Assembly (NCBI GenBank): GCA_964560225.1
Contig: CAZLLD010000004.1
Span: forward strand, 5,593 to 69,592
DNA from: an uncultured Bacteroidales bacterium
Lineage (GTDB): Bacteria > Bacteroidota > Bacteroidia > Bacteroidales > UBA10428
DNA: 64,000 nt
Direction: 5' to 3'
Part shown: one piece after another, positions 1 through 8,538 of the stretch
Numbering within the stretch: position 1 is the stretch's first letter
Layout: each line of letters opens with the position of its first letter
The notes under the pieces: generated by a model
Told to the model about the DNA's origin: nothing
Seen by the model: the letters and a program-made list of their open reading frames with translations, nothing else
Database searches by the model: none
Position numbers and translations under genes: made by a program

Positions 1-199
1 TGCCCGAGAAAACGGGTACAGTATAGGAAACAAAAAGAAACAGGCTTTGAATGATCCCCAGCTGTTCTGATTTGAATCCGAGCATTTCGAAATAAATGCC
101 AAAACCCATATAGATGCCATAATAGGCAAATCTTTCAATAATTTCAACAGAATTGGCTATCCAAAAAACGGCAGGAAAGGGGGTGCGGTTTTTTCTCAT
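1..199 (-). CDS. POT/PTR2-family (proton-dependent oligopeptide) MFS transporter, N-terminal fragment running off the window start
   Basis: The reverse strand from ATG (199-197) reads MRKNRTPFPAVFWIANSVEIIERFAYYGIYMGFGIYFEMLGFKSEQLGIIQSLF... The E-x-x-ERF-x-YYG block is the POT-family signature. It is absent from the ORF track because there is no in-window stop. Confidence 0.6.
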   Translation of the reverse strand, partial: MRKNRTPFPAVFWIANSVEIIERFAYYGIYMGFGIYFEMLGFKSEQLGIIQSLFLFVSYTVPVFSG

Positions 200-274
200 G
201 GAGTAATGCAGTATTTTGAGAATTCAGAACCAGTTAATTCACCATTGGTCCGGAAAGATAGCAAAAAACATGCA

Positions 275-985
275 TCAATCGCCGGTTTCAGCCTTGTTTT
301 TTACTTCGAGCCTGAAACCTGTATTGTGGATGTTAACAATGGATACAGAAGGATCCCCGCTGAGCAGTTTCCTTAACTTGGTGATGTACACATCCATACT
401 GCGCCCCATAAAATAATCGTCTTCGCCCCAAATGGTTTTCAGGGCCACATCACGTCGCAACACATGGTTCATGTTCTGGCACAGCAGTTGCAGCAATTCG
501 GCCTCACGCCTGGTAAGCTGGCGTTCAAGGCTGTGTGATGAAAGCAAGTGGCTTGAAAAGTCAAATGTATAGTTACCGATTGTGTATTTGCTGGATTTGT
601 TGTTGCCTTTTCTTACCCTGCGCAAAATGGCGTTTATCCGCAGTTTTAATTCTTCTGTGGTGAAAGGTTTGGTGATATAATCATCGGCTCCTATCCGGAA
701 ACCTTTGTATTTGTCTTCTTTCATGGTTTTGGCAGTCATGAAAATAAAGGGTATTTCACTGTCAACCTTTCTGATCTCTTCGGCCAAGGTAAAACCATCC
801 ATTTGAGGAAGCATGATATCAAGCAATACAAGATCAAAGCTGCCTTTCCGGTATGCTTCCAGTCCGGATTTTCCGTCTTCCATGAGCATTACCTGGTAAT
901 CTGACATTTCCAGGAAGTCTTTGATGATGAAACCAAGATTTTTATCATCCTCCACCAGTAATAATTTACCCTTGCACGTTGTCAT
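275..985 (-). CDS. OmpR/PhoB-type response regulator (receiver plus winged-helix DNA-binding domain)
   Basis: LLLVEDD...LVLLDIMLPQMDG...MTAK...DDYITKPF receiver motifs, with a C-terminal LTRREAELL...GFRL winged helix. It lies directly downstream of a histidine kinase. Confidence 0.9.
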   Translation of the reverse strand: MTTCKGKLLLVEDDKNLGFIIKDFLEMSDYQVMLMEDGKSGLEAYRKGSFDLVLLDIMLPQMDGFTLAEEIRKVDSEIPFIFMTAKTMKEDKYKGFRIGADDYITKPFTTEELKLRINAILRRVRKGNNKSSKYTIGNYTFDFSSHLLSSHSLERQLTRREAELLQLLCQNMNHVLRRDVALKTIWGEDDYFMGRSMDVYITKLRKLLSGDPSVSIVNIHNTGFRLEVKNKAETGD

Positions 986-991
986 GGTTCC

Positions 992-2290
992 TTAATGATT
1001 CTTGTTATTGATGTGTGAGGGCAGATAAACATCGAAACGGCTGCCTTTGTTCAGTTCACTGCTTACTTTTATCTGACCGCCATGCGCTTCGGTCATTGTT
1101 TTAGCCAGGTAAAGACCCAGGCCGAATCCTTTTACATTATGAATATTTCCGGTTGGTACCCGGTAAAACTTTTCGAAGATCATTTTCATCGATTCCTTAT
1201 TCATTCCGATGCCATTGTCGATAAATGACATCAGCACACCTTCGTGGTAATCTTCGGTAATGATGGTCAACTCGGGGTTCTCTGATGAGTATTTGATGGC
1301 ATTTTCCACTAAGTTGCATATGATCCCCTTGATGTAAATGAAATCAGCCTTGATCACATGATTCACTGCGTTAAGCTGAAAATGTATGTTGATTTCTTTT
1401 TCGTTTGTTCTGAAACACAGGTCCGATGAAACGTTTTGAAGCAATTCATGAACATCAAGCAATACGGGTTCCAGTTTGATTTTCTGGTGGTCTTGCTGGG
1501 CTATCTCCAAAACCCGCTCAATCTGCAGTCTCATTCTTTCATTCTCATCTAAAATGATCCTGGCGTAATTTCTGATTTTTTCAGGGCCGGACTTCGCTTC
1601 GTTCTTGTATAAAACTTCGGCGGCCAGCGCAATGGTTGAAACCGGCGTTTTAAACTCATGAGTAATATTATTTACAAAATCGTTTTTCATTTCTGAAAGT
1701 TTCTTCTGTCTCAGGTAAGTGATGATAATGGCCGCCACACCAAAAATGATCATAACCAGAAACAACAGTGTAAGTCCTAACCATAAGACCTGTTTGAGCA
1801 CAATTACCCTGTTCTTATGAGGAAAATACAATGCAATATGGTAATGGACATCTTTCCAGATGTTTGAGAGATAGGCCTTATAAGGGTTCGCTGGTACATT
1901 CACACTGGGGAATCCGGCGGACTTGTAAATGATCGAATCATTATTTGTTTTAACGATGGCATAGAAATAGTCATCATCCAGGTGGTGATAAGCAACATAT
2001 TTGTTGACAAGGGTTTGCAAAAGCACGGTATCGATAACTTCCAGAACCTTCTTGGATTCACCAAGATAGGGACAGGCATAGGTTTTCGGAAAGAAGCGTG
2101 AGGAATTGTACACATGGTCGCGCAGTTCATCCACAATGCCCATCAGTGCCCGATCTGCGCGGTGATCAAATTGTTTTCGGGCAATTTCCAGTTCTTCGCG
2201 CATCCACAAAGTTTGGGTAAAAACCAAACCGACAAGTGCGAGAGAAGAAATGAGAATAATTATTTTAACTGTTGAAGCACGCATGTACAC
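992..2290 (-). CDS. Sensor histidine kinase (two TM segments, HisKA, HATPase_c)
   Basis: H-box ITHEFKTPVSTI, N-box NLVENAIKYS, G-boxes DNGIGM and GFGLGL. There are two hydrophobic segments. Its stop is 7 bp before the response-regulator start. Confidence 0.9.
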   Translation of the reverse strand: MYMRASTVKIIILISSLALVGLVFTQTLWMREELEIARKQFDHRADRALMGIVDELRDHVYNSSRFFPKTYACPYLGESKKVLEVIDTVLLQTLVNKYVAYHHLDDDYFYAIVKTNNDSIIYKSAGFPSVNVPANPYKAYLSNIWKDVHYHIALYFPHKNRVIVLKQVLWLGLTLLFLVMIIFGVAAIIITYLRQKKLSEMKNDFVNNITHEFKTPVSTIALAAEVLYKNEAKSGPEKIRNYARIILDENERMRLQIERVLEIAQQDHQKIKLEPVLLDVHELLQNVSSDLCFRTNEKEINIHFQLNAVNHVIKADFIYIKGIICNLVENAIKYSSENPELTIITEDYHEGVLMSFIDNGIGMNKESMKMIFEKFYRVPTGNIHNVKGFGLGLYLAKTMTEAHGGQIKVSSELNKGSRFDVYLPSHINNKNH

Positions 2291-2384
2291 TAAAAGATGA
2301 TCAAAAATACCATAAAATAACCTGTTACTGCTTCATTTAACATATCTTTAACGAGCAGCCAGCGCATTTTATTACGTTTGTAAC

Positions 2385-2948
2385 TTACTGGTTATTATAG
2401 GTATTCATTGTTTTGGCCACCCCTGTGGTTCCGAAGCTGCGGATGATATCGTGGCAAAGGGTAATCCGCTCTGGCAGTTTTTCAGCTTCTTCTTGGGACC
2501 ATTTTCCCAACACGTGATCAACCTGCATGCCATATTGAAAATCGCTGCCGATGCCAAATCGCAGCCGGGCAAAATTCTGATGGCCCAGGGTTTCGATGAT
2601 GCTGGTAAGCCCGTTATGTCCTCCGTCGCCTCCTTTGCCCCGAAGTCTGACTGTGCCAAAAGGCAAGGAAATATCGTCAAGAAGAATCAGCAGGTTTTCA
2701 GGAAGAATCGATTCCTTCTGCATCCAGTAATTAACTGCTTTTCCGCTCAGGTTTACGTATGTGCTTGGCTTCAGGAGCACAAACACACGTCCTTTATACC
2801 GGTATTCGCATAAGGAGCCATACCTCATGTCAGAAAAAGCAATATTGGATGCCTTAACCAGGTCATCCAATATTGTAAATCCTATGTTATGACGGGTGTT
2901 GTGGTATTCCTCACCCACATTACCCAGTCCGGTAACCAGGTACTTCAA
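2385..2948 (-). CDS. pth: Peptidyl-tRNA hydrolase
   Basis: MKYLVTGLGNVGEEYHNTRHNIGF... and GHNGL motifs are typical of Pth. It sits in the conserved prs-ctc-pth gene order. Confidence 0.93.
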   Translation of the reverse strand: MKYLVTGLGNVGEEYHNTRHNIGFTILDDLVKASNIAFSDMRYGSLCEYRYKGRVFVLLKPSTYVNLSGKAVNYWMQKESILPENLLILLDDISLPFGTVRLRGKGGDGGHNGLTSIIETLGHQNFARLRFGIGSDFQYGMQVDHVLGKWSQEEAEKLPERITLCHDIIRSFGTTGVAKTMNTYNNQ

Positions 2949-2963
2949 TACAATGGTAAATTA

Positions 2964-3620
2964 TTATTTTTTTGCTTCAGCAGCAGGAGCAGCGGCAGGA
3001 GCAGCGGCAGGAGCAGCAGCGCCTTCAGCAGCCGGAGCGGCAGCGCCTTCAGCAGCCTGTTCCATACTTTTGGCGGCAGCCCTGGCGGAAATAATACCAA
3101 CGATAAGTGAGCGCGGTGACTCCATGATAGTCACGTTAGGGTAGTTCAAATCGCCCGCAATCACCGATTGACCAATTTCGAGGTCCGTGATGTCAATTAC
3201 CATTGTGTCAGGTAAGTCATTAATCAATCCCTTAACTTTAATATATCTTTTGCGCTGCCTGAGTTTACCACCGGCCCGGATACCGGCTGAGTTACCTGTA
3301 ATCTCAACAGGAAGATCAATTACGATAGGTTTTTCCTTGAATACTTCAATGAAGTCAATGTGGTTCAGGTTATCACTAACCGGGTGAAATTGAATGTCTT
3401 TCAACACGGCCAGGTGTAATTTGCCTTCAATGTCGAGGTTGACAACATGGGCGTGATGAGTATACACCAGATCTTTAAATGTGCGGTCTTCGGCATAAAA
3501 ATGGATGTTTTCCTTGCCTCCATAAATAACGCAGGGAACCTGGTTGTTTTTTCGCAGTGCTTTTGCATCTTTTTTACCTGTGCCTTTGCGCAGGGATACT
3601 TTCAAATCAATCGTTTTCAT
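2964..3620 (-). CDS. rplY: 50S ribosomal protein L25 / general stress protein Ctc, with an Ala/Pro-rich C-terminal tail
   Basis: L25/Ctc N-terminal and beta-barrel domains (LRKGTGKKDAKALRKNNQVPCVIYG...). It lies between prs and pth. The tail reads AAEGAAAPAAEGAAAPAAAPAAAPAAEAKK. Confidence 0.9.
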   Translation of the reverse strand: MKTIDLKVSLRKGTGKKDAKALRKNNQVPCVIYGGKENIHFYAEDRTFKDLVYTHHAHVVNLDIEGKLHLAVLKDIQFHPVSDNLNHIDFIEVFKEKPIVIDLPVEITGNSAGIRAGGKLRQRKRYIKVKGLINDLPDTMVIDITDLEIGQSVIAGDLNYPNVTIMESPRSLIVGIISARAAAKSMEQAAEGAAAPAAEGAAAPAAAPAAAPAAEAKK

Positions 3621-3732
3621 TTGTAATAAGAATTAAACAATATTTAAATGTGCTACTTGGATTCCCGGTTTTTCCGGGATTCCCCATTACACCATTGTTT
3701 AATAAAAAACAGTGGCTAAAAAGGAGGGCAAA

Positions 3733-3845
3733 GATAATTAATAATTAACAATTAGCAATTGGCAATAAAAAAAAGCTGTTGGCTGTTGGCTATTGTGTAC
3801 AATAACAACCAGCAAACGGCTAAAAGCTAAGGGCCAATAGCTGTT
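3733..3845. repeat. Low-complexity intergenic module (ATTAGCAATTGGCAAT words, (GCTGTTG)n, GGCTAA words) directly downstream of the prs stop
   Basis: Read directly: ...taattaacaattagcaattggcaat...agctgttggctgttggct...aaacggctaaaagctaagggccaatagctg. It is related, in the same gene-relative orientation, to 29858..29952. Confidence 0.7.
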
Positions 3846-4784
3846 TCAGACAATAAAGTTCTTCGTAATCGACTTGTATTTGTAAACCTTATGTATTACA
3901 TCTGCAAAGAGATCGGCAATGGTCAGCACCTTGATCTTATCGGAGTGACCCCGCAGCGGTATGGTGTCGGTTACAACCACTTCGGTTATATCTGATTTTT
4001 CAATCCGTTCATAGGCAGGTCCCGAAAGTACGGGGTGCGAACACACCACCCTGACACTTTTGGCTCCTTCCTCCATCATCAGCTTGGAGGCCAGGCAAAC
4101 AGTGCCGGCAGTATCAATCATGTCGTCAACAATAACGATATTCTTATCTTTGATATCACCGATAACACGGATTTCCTCAACTACATTGGCCTTCTTTCTT
4201 ACCTTATAGCAGATTACCATTTCGCAGTTCAGAAACCGTGAATAGGCATTGGCTCTTTTGGTACCGCCCATGTCGGGTGCGGCAATCACCAGGTTTTCGA
4301 GATTCAGGCTTTTAACATAAGGTACAAAGATGGTCGATCCGTATAAGTGATCCACGGGTACATTGAAAAATCCCTGAATCTGATCGGCATGCAGGTCCAT
4401 GGTCATAATCCTGTCAGCTCCGGCAGCTGTTAAAATATCGGCAACCAGTTTAGCTCCAATACTGCACCTGGGCCGGTCTTTTCTGTCCTGCCTTGCCAAC
4501 CCCAAATATGGCATTACGGCAACCACCTGGTAAGCCGATGCACGTTTGGCTGCGTCAATAAGCAACAACAGTTCCATCAGGTTGTCTGCAGGGGGGAAAG
4601 TCGACTGGACAATAAAGACGATACATCCACGCACGGATTCCTCGAAATAGGGCTGGAATTCACCATCACTGAATTCAAGCACAGAGGTCTTTCCCAGCTC
4701 AGTTCCATAGCTTTGGGTAATTTTTTCCGCCAGGTAATGCGAAGCACGACCTGAAAAGAATTTTATCGGAGCTTTGATTTTCAT
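3846..4784 (-). CDS. prs: Ribose-phosphate pyrophosphokinase (PRPP synthetase)
   Basis: Prs motifs are present: DLHADQIQGFF, the PRPP-binding loop VIVDDMIDTAGT, and ARQDRK. Confidence 0.95.
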   Translation of the reverse strand: MKIKAPIKFFSGRASHYLAEKITQSYGTELGKTSVLEFSDGEFQPYFEESVRGCIVFIVQSTFPPADNLMELLLLIDAAKRASAYQVVAVMPYLGLARQDRKDRPRCSIGAKLVADILTAAGADRIMTMDLHADQIQGFFNVPVDHLYGSTIFVPYVKSLNLENLVIAAPDMGGTKRANAYSRFLNCEMVICYKVRKKANVVEEIRVIGDIKDKNIVIVDDMIDTAGTVCLASKLMMEEGAKSVRVVCSHPVLSGPAYERIEKSDITEVVVTDTIPLRGHSDKIKVLTIADLFADVIHKVYKYKSITKNFIV

Positions 4785-4903
4785 TGAATAAGTGTTACAG
4801 GATTATTGAAGTGCTGCAAATGTAAAAAATATCCCGTCATCATGAATTAGTGATTTCTTTATTTTAATGAAACAGTTTTGAACAGCCCATGGATAGATGC
4901 AAG

Positions 4904-4940
4904 AACCAAGAGCCAGGAACCAAGAGCCAGGAACCAAGAT
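4904..4940. repeat. 14-bp tandem repeat (AACCAAGAGCCAGG x about 2.6)
   Basis: aaccaagagccagg aaccaagagccagg aaccaagat, read directly. Confidence 0.8.
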
Positions 4941-4958
4941 CTATGATAGTAGCAGTCA

Positions 4959-5052
4959 GTCGCACTTCGACAGGCCTGCCTGCCGAAGCCTCGGCGCAGG
5001 CAGGCTCAGTGTGACCCGCGTTGTCATACTGAGCTTGTCGAAGTATGACGAG
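4959..5052. repeat. REP-like element, type A (GTCRCACTTCGAC-palindrome-CTCAGTGTGAC ... GTCATAC..GTATGACGAG), copy 1
   Basis: It contains CCTGCCTGC(n11)GCAGGCAGG at 4975..5004 and the hairpin gtcatact/agtatgac. A homologous copy lies at 11532..11646. Confidence 0.8.
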
Positions 5053-5074
5053 TAGCATTTGGGAAGTAGTAGCT

Positions 5075-5205
5075 GTCATTGCGAGCCTGCCTGCCGGCAG
5101 GCAGGCGGAACGGAGTGGAGCGTGGCAATCTGGGTTTATGAGTCAGGATATTGCTGAGATTGCTTCGGTCGTGCCTCCCTGCCTACAGGCAGGCCTCGCA
5201 ATGAC
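5075..5205. repeat. REP-like element, type B (about 120-130 bp, bounded by GTCATTGCGAG...CTCGCAATGAC), copy 1
   Basis: It contains the perfect 20-bp palindrome cctgcctgccggcaggcagg at 5086..5105. It is near-identical to 44909..45023 in inverted orientation and carries an extra cctgcctacaggcagg insert at 5178..5193. Confidence 0.85.
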
Positions 5206-5300
5206 GCGTTGCAGTAGCCGTGGCAGTAGCAGTGATAGTCAAAACCCAACTCCCAACACCTAACACTCAAACATCCAGCATCTAGTATCCAGTATCCCCT
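5206..5300. repeat. Composite low-complexity module (GTAGCAGTG words, CCCAACAC words, ATCCAGYA words)
   Basis: gcagtagccgtggcagtagcagtgatagtc aaaacccaactcccaacacctaacactc...atccagcatctagtatccagtatcc. The same module order recurs at 11647..11748. Its 3' end overlaps the engB stop region. Confidence 0.7.
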
Positions 5301-5896
5301 CCAAACCTGGTGTTACCCTCTTCAATAAAGGCGAGTATTTTCTCGCGGCCGCTGTATTTTGCCGAAGAGGTAATAAAAATGGGAGGGAGTTCTTCCCAGC
5401 TTTCCAGCAATCTGTTGCGATAATGTTCAATGTTTCGTTTCAAAGCCGTAGCCGACAGCTTGTCGCTTTTGGTAAAAACGAGTGCCATTGGAATCTGGCA
5501 TGTTCCGGCCCAGTTGATGAATTCCAGGTCGCTTTTCAAGGGCTCGTGCCTGCAGTCGATCAGTACAAACAAACAAACCAGGTTTTCACGGTGCAACAGG
5601 TAGTCTTCGGTAGTTGTCCAAAAGTTATCCCTGGTTTTCTTCCCGGTTTTTGCATAACCGTATCCGGGCAGATCAACCAGGAACCAACTTTGGTTAACCA
5701 GGTAATGGTTGATCAGCTTTGTTTTTCCGGGAGTTGCTGATGTTTTGGCCAGGTTTTTTACATTGATCAACATGTTGAGTAAAGAAGATTTACCAACATT
5801 TGACCGGCCGGCAAAAGCAAACTCGGGTAAGCCCGACGCAGGGCACGATTTCAAGTCGGGACTGCTTTTAATGAATCTGACAGAATGGATCTCCAT
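5282..5896 (-). CDS. engB: Ribosome-biogenesis GTPase YihA/EngB
   Basis: G1 GRSNVGKSSLLN, G3 DLPGYGYA, G4 TKSDK. Its start overlaps the manA stop (TAATG). Confidence 0.9.
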   Translation of the reverse strand: MEIHSVRFIKSSPDLKSCPASGLPEFAFAGRSNVGKSSLLNMLINVKNLAKTSATPGKTKLINHYLVNQSWFLVDLPGYGYAKTGKKTRDNFWTTTEDYLLHRENLVCLFVLIDCRHEPLKSDLEFINWAGTCQIPMALVFTKSDKLSATALKRNIEHYRNRLLESWEELPPIFITSSAKYSGREKILAFIEEGNTRFGGDTGY

Positions 5897-6924
5897 TAAA
5901 ATAGATTTTCCAAAACCGATTTGATCCGGTTTTTTGATGCATCTCCGGGAATATAAACTTCCAGAACTTCAGATGAAGGATGTGGAATCAGTCTCACACC
6001 TTTTATTTCAGCAGGCAGCAGGATGGTTTCACCTGTATTTACTGTTTCCATTTGATTTTCGCCATAGGCTAGTGAGAAACTTCCCCTGATACACATAAAG
6101 ATTACGAATGAATCCAGTTCCATGTAATCCTTTTCAATATTTTTCTCCAGCATCAGCAGGTTCACCGTGAAATAGGGGCAGGATGCAAGGTTGACCGGTT
6201 TTCCAGGTAATTTTTCATAGGCTGTTTTATAGGCAGGATACTGCCTGAAATCGATGGCTTCAAGTGCATTTTCGGTGTGCAGCTCCCTGGGTTGACCTTG
6301 GTCGTCGAGCCGGTTATAATCATATATACGCAGCGTGGCATCGGAGGTCTGCTGTATTTCGGCGAGCAGTATACCGGCACCGATGGCATGAATTCTTCCT
6401 GCTGGCAGGAAAAACACATCGCCTTGATGCGCCTTTTCCTTATTCAGGATAGAAAGGATTGAGTTATCAGCAAGGTGTTCCTGATATTTTTCAGGAGTTA
6501 CCGGTTGGTTAAAACCCGTGATGATTTCGGCATTGTCTTTAGCTTCAACAATATACCACATCTCGGTTTTTCCGAATGATTTGAACTGTTTCAGTGCCAG
6601 GTCATCTCCCGGATGCACTTGAACAGACAAGGCATCATTGGCATCGATGAATTTAATGAGCAGTGGAAACAGGGTTCCGAATTTCTCAAAAACGCTTTCG
6701 CCCACCAGGTCGCCCATATAAACTTCAATCAATTCCTCCAGGCTGTTTCCGGCAAGAAAACCATTGCTGACTTTGGAAACTTCCCCGGGATATCCGCTTA
6801 TTTCCCAGCTTTCACCTGCATTGTCAGTTTTGCAGTTCTTATGGAGAATGGTTCTTAGCCTGGTTCCGCCCCAAATTTTGTTTTTTATAATGGGCTTGAA
6901 TTTTAAGGGGTACAGTTGATTCAT
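5896..6924 (-). CDS. manA: Class I mannose-6-phosphate isomerase (cupin)
   Basis: KNKIWGG, LSVQVHP, GKTEMWY and the AGRIHAIG metal/cupin motifs are typical of type I PMI. Confidence 0.85.
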   Translation of the reverse strand: MNQLYPLKFKPIIKNKIWGGTRLRTILHKNCKTDNAGESWEISGYPGEVSKVSNGFLAGNSLEELIEVYMGDLVGESVFEKFGTLFPLLIKFIDANDALSVQVHPGDDLALKQFKSFGKTEMWYIVEAKDNAEIITGFNQPVTPEKYQEHLADNSILSILNKEKAHQGDVFFLPAGRIHAIGAGILLAEIQQTSDATLRIYDYNRLDDQGQPRELHTENALEAIDFRQYPAYKTAYEKLPGKPVNLASCPYFTVNLLMLEKNIEKDYMELDSFVIFMCIRGSFSLAYGENQMETVNTGETILLPAEIKGVRLIPHPSSEVLEVYIPGDASKNRIKSVLENLF

Positions 6925-7016
6925 AGCAAGAAAAAGCGCATTAAGACTTTTGTTTTATCCTGAATGTTCGTATATTTTCAGTGTGCTGCAAAAATAGCGA
7001 TTAAAGAAACAAACAC

Positions 7017-7742
7017 ATGCTGGAACAGGTAAAAATTGGGAATATTCTTTTCCTTGATATTGAGACAGTACCGGCATATCCCGCTTATCAGGAAGCGCCT
7101 GATCAGATCCGGACGTTGTGGGAAAAGAAGAGTGTGTACATGAGAAGAGAAGAGGAGACGCCCGAAATTCTGTATCAGCGTGCAGGAATATATTCTGAAT
7201 TTGGACGCATTATCTGCATCTCAACAGGAATGATAGGTTTTCAGGAAAGCCGGCGTGTTTTCCGCATCAAATCGTTTTGCCAGCATAGCGAGAAGGAATT
7301 GCTTGAATCGTTTGCAGCTCTGATGAACGGTTTATCCCAGAAGCGTGAGATCGAACTGTGTGCCCATAATGGCAAGGAGTTTGACTTTCCTTATATAGCA
7401 CGCAGGATGGTGATCAATGGTATTGGGTTACCTGAGTTATTTGACATCGCAGGCAAGAAACCATGGGAAGTCAGACATCTCGATACGCTGGATTTGTGGA
7501 AATTCGGAGACCACAAGCATTATACATCCTTAAGCCTGCTGGCTGCAGTTTTTGGTCTGGAAAATCCCAAATCAGACCTCGATGGCAGCCAGGTGGCGAA
7601 TTTGTACTGGCATCAGCAGGATCTGGCAAGAATTGTTGATTATTGCCGGCATGATGTGATTACTACCGCACAGATTATGCTTAAATTTAAAGGTCAGGAA
7701 ATCCTTGCACCGGAAGACCTGATTGTTCTTGATGAACATTGA
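7017..7742 (+). CDS. RNase H-fold 3'-5' exonuclease (PolB-exonuclease-like, COG3298-type)
   Basis: ILFLDIETVP (ExoI D-x-E), HNGKEFDFPY (ExoII) and YCRHDV (ExoIII Y-x3-D) spacing. Confidence 0.6.
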   Translation: MLEQVKIGNILFLDIETVPAYPAYQEAPDQIRTLWEKKSVYMRREEETPEILYQRAGIYSEFGRIICISTGMIGFQESRRVFRIKSFCQHSEKELLESFAALMNGLSQKREIELCAHNGKEFDFPYIARRMVINGIGLPELFDIAGKKPWEVRHLDTLDLWKFGDHKHYTSLSLLAAVFGLENPKSDLDGSQVANLYWHQQDLARIVDYCRHDVITTAQIMLKFKGQEILAPEDLIVLDEH

Positions 7743-7778
7743 TTATTAGCTGTTTGTAATGATAAATAAGTATGTGTT

Positions 7779-8189
7779 ATGAGAATTATCGACCTCGAAA
7801 AATCGGAAAAAACGCCTGAAATCATTTTGGATTCCAACAAAAGAGTATTGAGCATCAGGGGCAACTGTCTTCCTGAAAACATCAGAAATCTCAGCAGGGA
7901 AGTGCTGGAAAAGCTGGAGGTATATTACAAGGAGAATATTACCGCTTCTGCAAGCGAAAGAGACAAAAGTGTTTTCAGGGTAATTTTCCGCCTCGGTTAC
8001 TTCAACTCAGCGTCAGCCAAGTTCATTGCCGATGTGATCATTCTTTCGGCTGATTATGCGAAAAAAGGCTGCAACCTGAAAATTTACTGGTATTACGATG
8101 AAGATGACCACGATATGCTTGAGGCTGGCGAGGAGATGTCACAACTGGTCAGCGTTCCCATGGAATTTGTGGCGGTTGTGAAAGAATAA
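7779..8189 (+). CDS. DUF1987 / SiaC-family regulatory protein
   Basis: KTPEIILDSNKRVLSIRGNCLPEN..., FNSASAKFI and IYWYYDEDDHDMLEAGEE match the remembered DUF1987 pattern. Confidence 0.6.
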   Translation: MRIIDLEKSEKTPEIILDSNKRVLSIRGNCLPENIRNLSREVLEKLEVYYKENITASASERDKSVFRVIFRLGYFNSASAKFIADVIILSADYAKKGCNLKIYWYYDEDDHDMLEAGEEMSQLVSVPMEFVAVVKE

Positions 8190-8193
8190 CAAA

Positions 8194-8227
8194 CCGCACA
8201 AACTTCCCATTAAAGGATATTGTGCGG
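8194..8227. terminator. Possible bidirectional hairpin between convergent genes
   Basis: ccgcacaa(n18)ttgtgcgg followed by ctttatt. The long loop makes this a weak call. Confidence 0.3.
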
Positions 8228-8247
8228 CTTTATTACTAACATCAATG

Positions 8248-8538
8248 TCAGCTCTTTTTGCCCAGAGCGTTTTTTATCATTCCTATTATAGCGATCAATA
8301 CTCCTCCACCTACTCCACCACCGGCTATACTTCCAACAATACTTGCCAGGTCAACACCTCCGGTTGCAGTGCCTACACCAAGTGCGCCCAACAATTGTCC
8401 GCCCAAACCACCACCGACAATACCTAAAATTGAATTGAGAACAGTTCCTAAGGATAACTTCTTCATCAGGGCTCCTGCAGCATTTCCGCCCAGTGCGCCA
8501 CTGACAAGCTGAATGATAATTGCTAATAAATTCTCCAT
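8248..8538 (-). CDS. Small glycine-rich membrane protein (GlsB/YeaQ/YmgE-like)
   Basis: 96 aa with G/A/L/I-rich transmembrane-like segments (GALGGNAAGAL, GIVGGGLGGQLLGALG). The Pro-rich + strand ORF is its antisense mirror. Confidence 0.5.
   Translation of the reverse strand: MENLLAIIIQLVSGALGGNAAGALMKKLSLGTVLNSILGIVGGGLGGQLLGALGVGTATGGVDLASIVGSIAGGGVGGGVLIAIIGMIKNALGKKS

Noticed and set aside
2889-3144. Ala/Ser/Gly-rich + strand ORFs (2889..3110, 2896..3144).
   Set aside because: They are antisense mirrors of the GC-rich repeat that encodes the L25 Ala/Pro tail.
3664-3680. Small hairpin cccgg(ttttt)ccggg between prs and rplY.
   Set aside because: It has a 5-bp stem and no T-run in the direction of transcription, which is too weak to call a terminator or attenuator.
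4864-5263. ORFs 4864..5079 (-) and 5045..5263 (+), and the similar 11526..11798, 11658..11843, 44871..45104, 44910..45119, 52306..52569, 52558..52812, 52566..52757, 55580..55774 and 55674..55886.
   Set aside because: They are translations of palindromic or tandem intergenic repeats, giving recurring peptides such as LPAGRQA, VIAS.. and PFKRLxTLEG. They have low complexity and no start context.
8258-8512. Pro-rich + strand ORF (and 8245..8427).
   Set aside because: It is the antisense of the Gly-rich membrane protein (GGN codons read as NCC). The minus-strand product has plausible transmembrane character.
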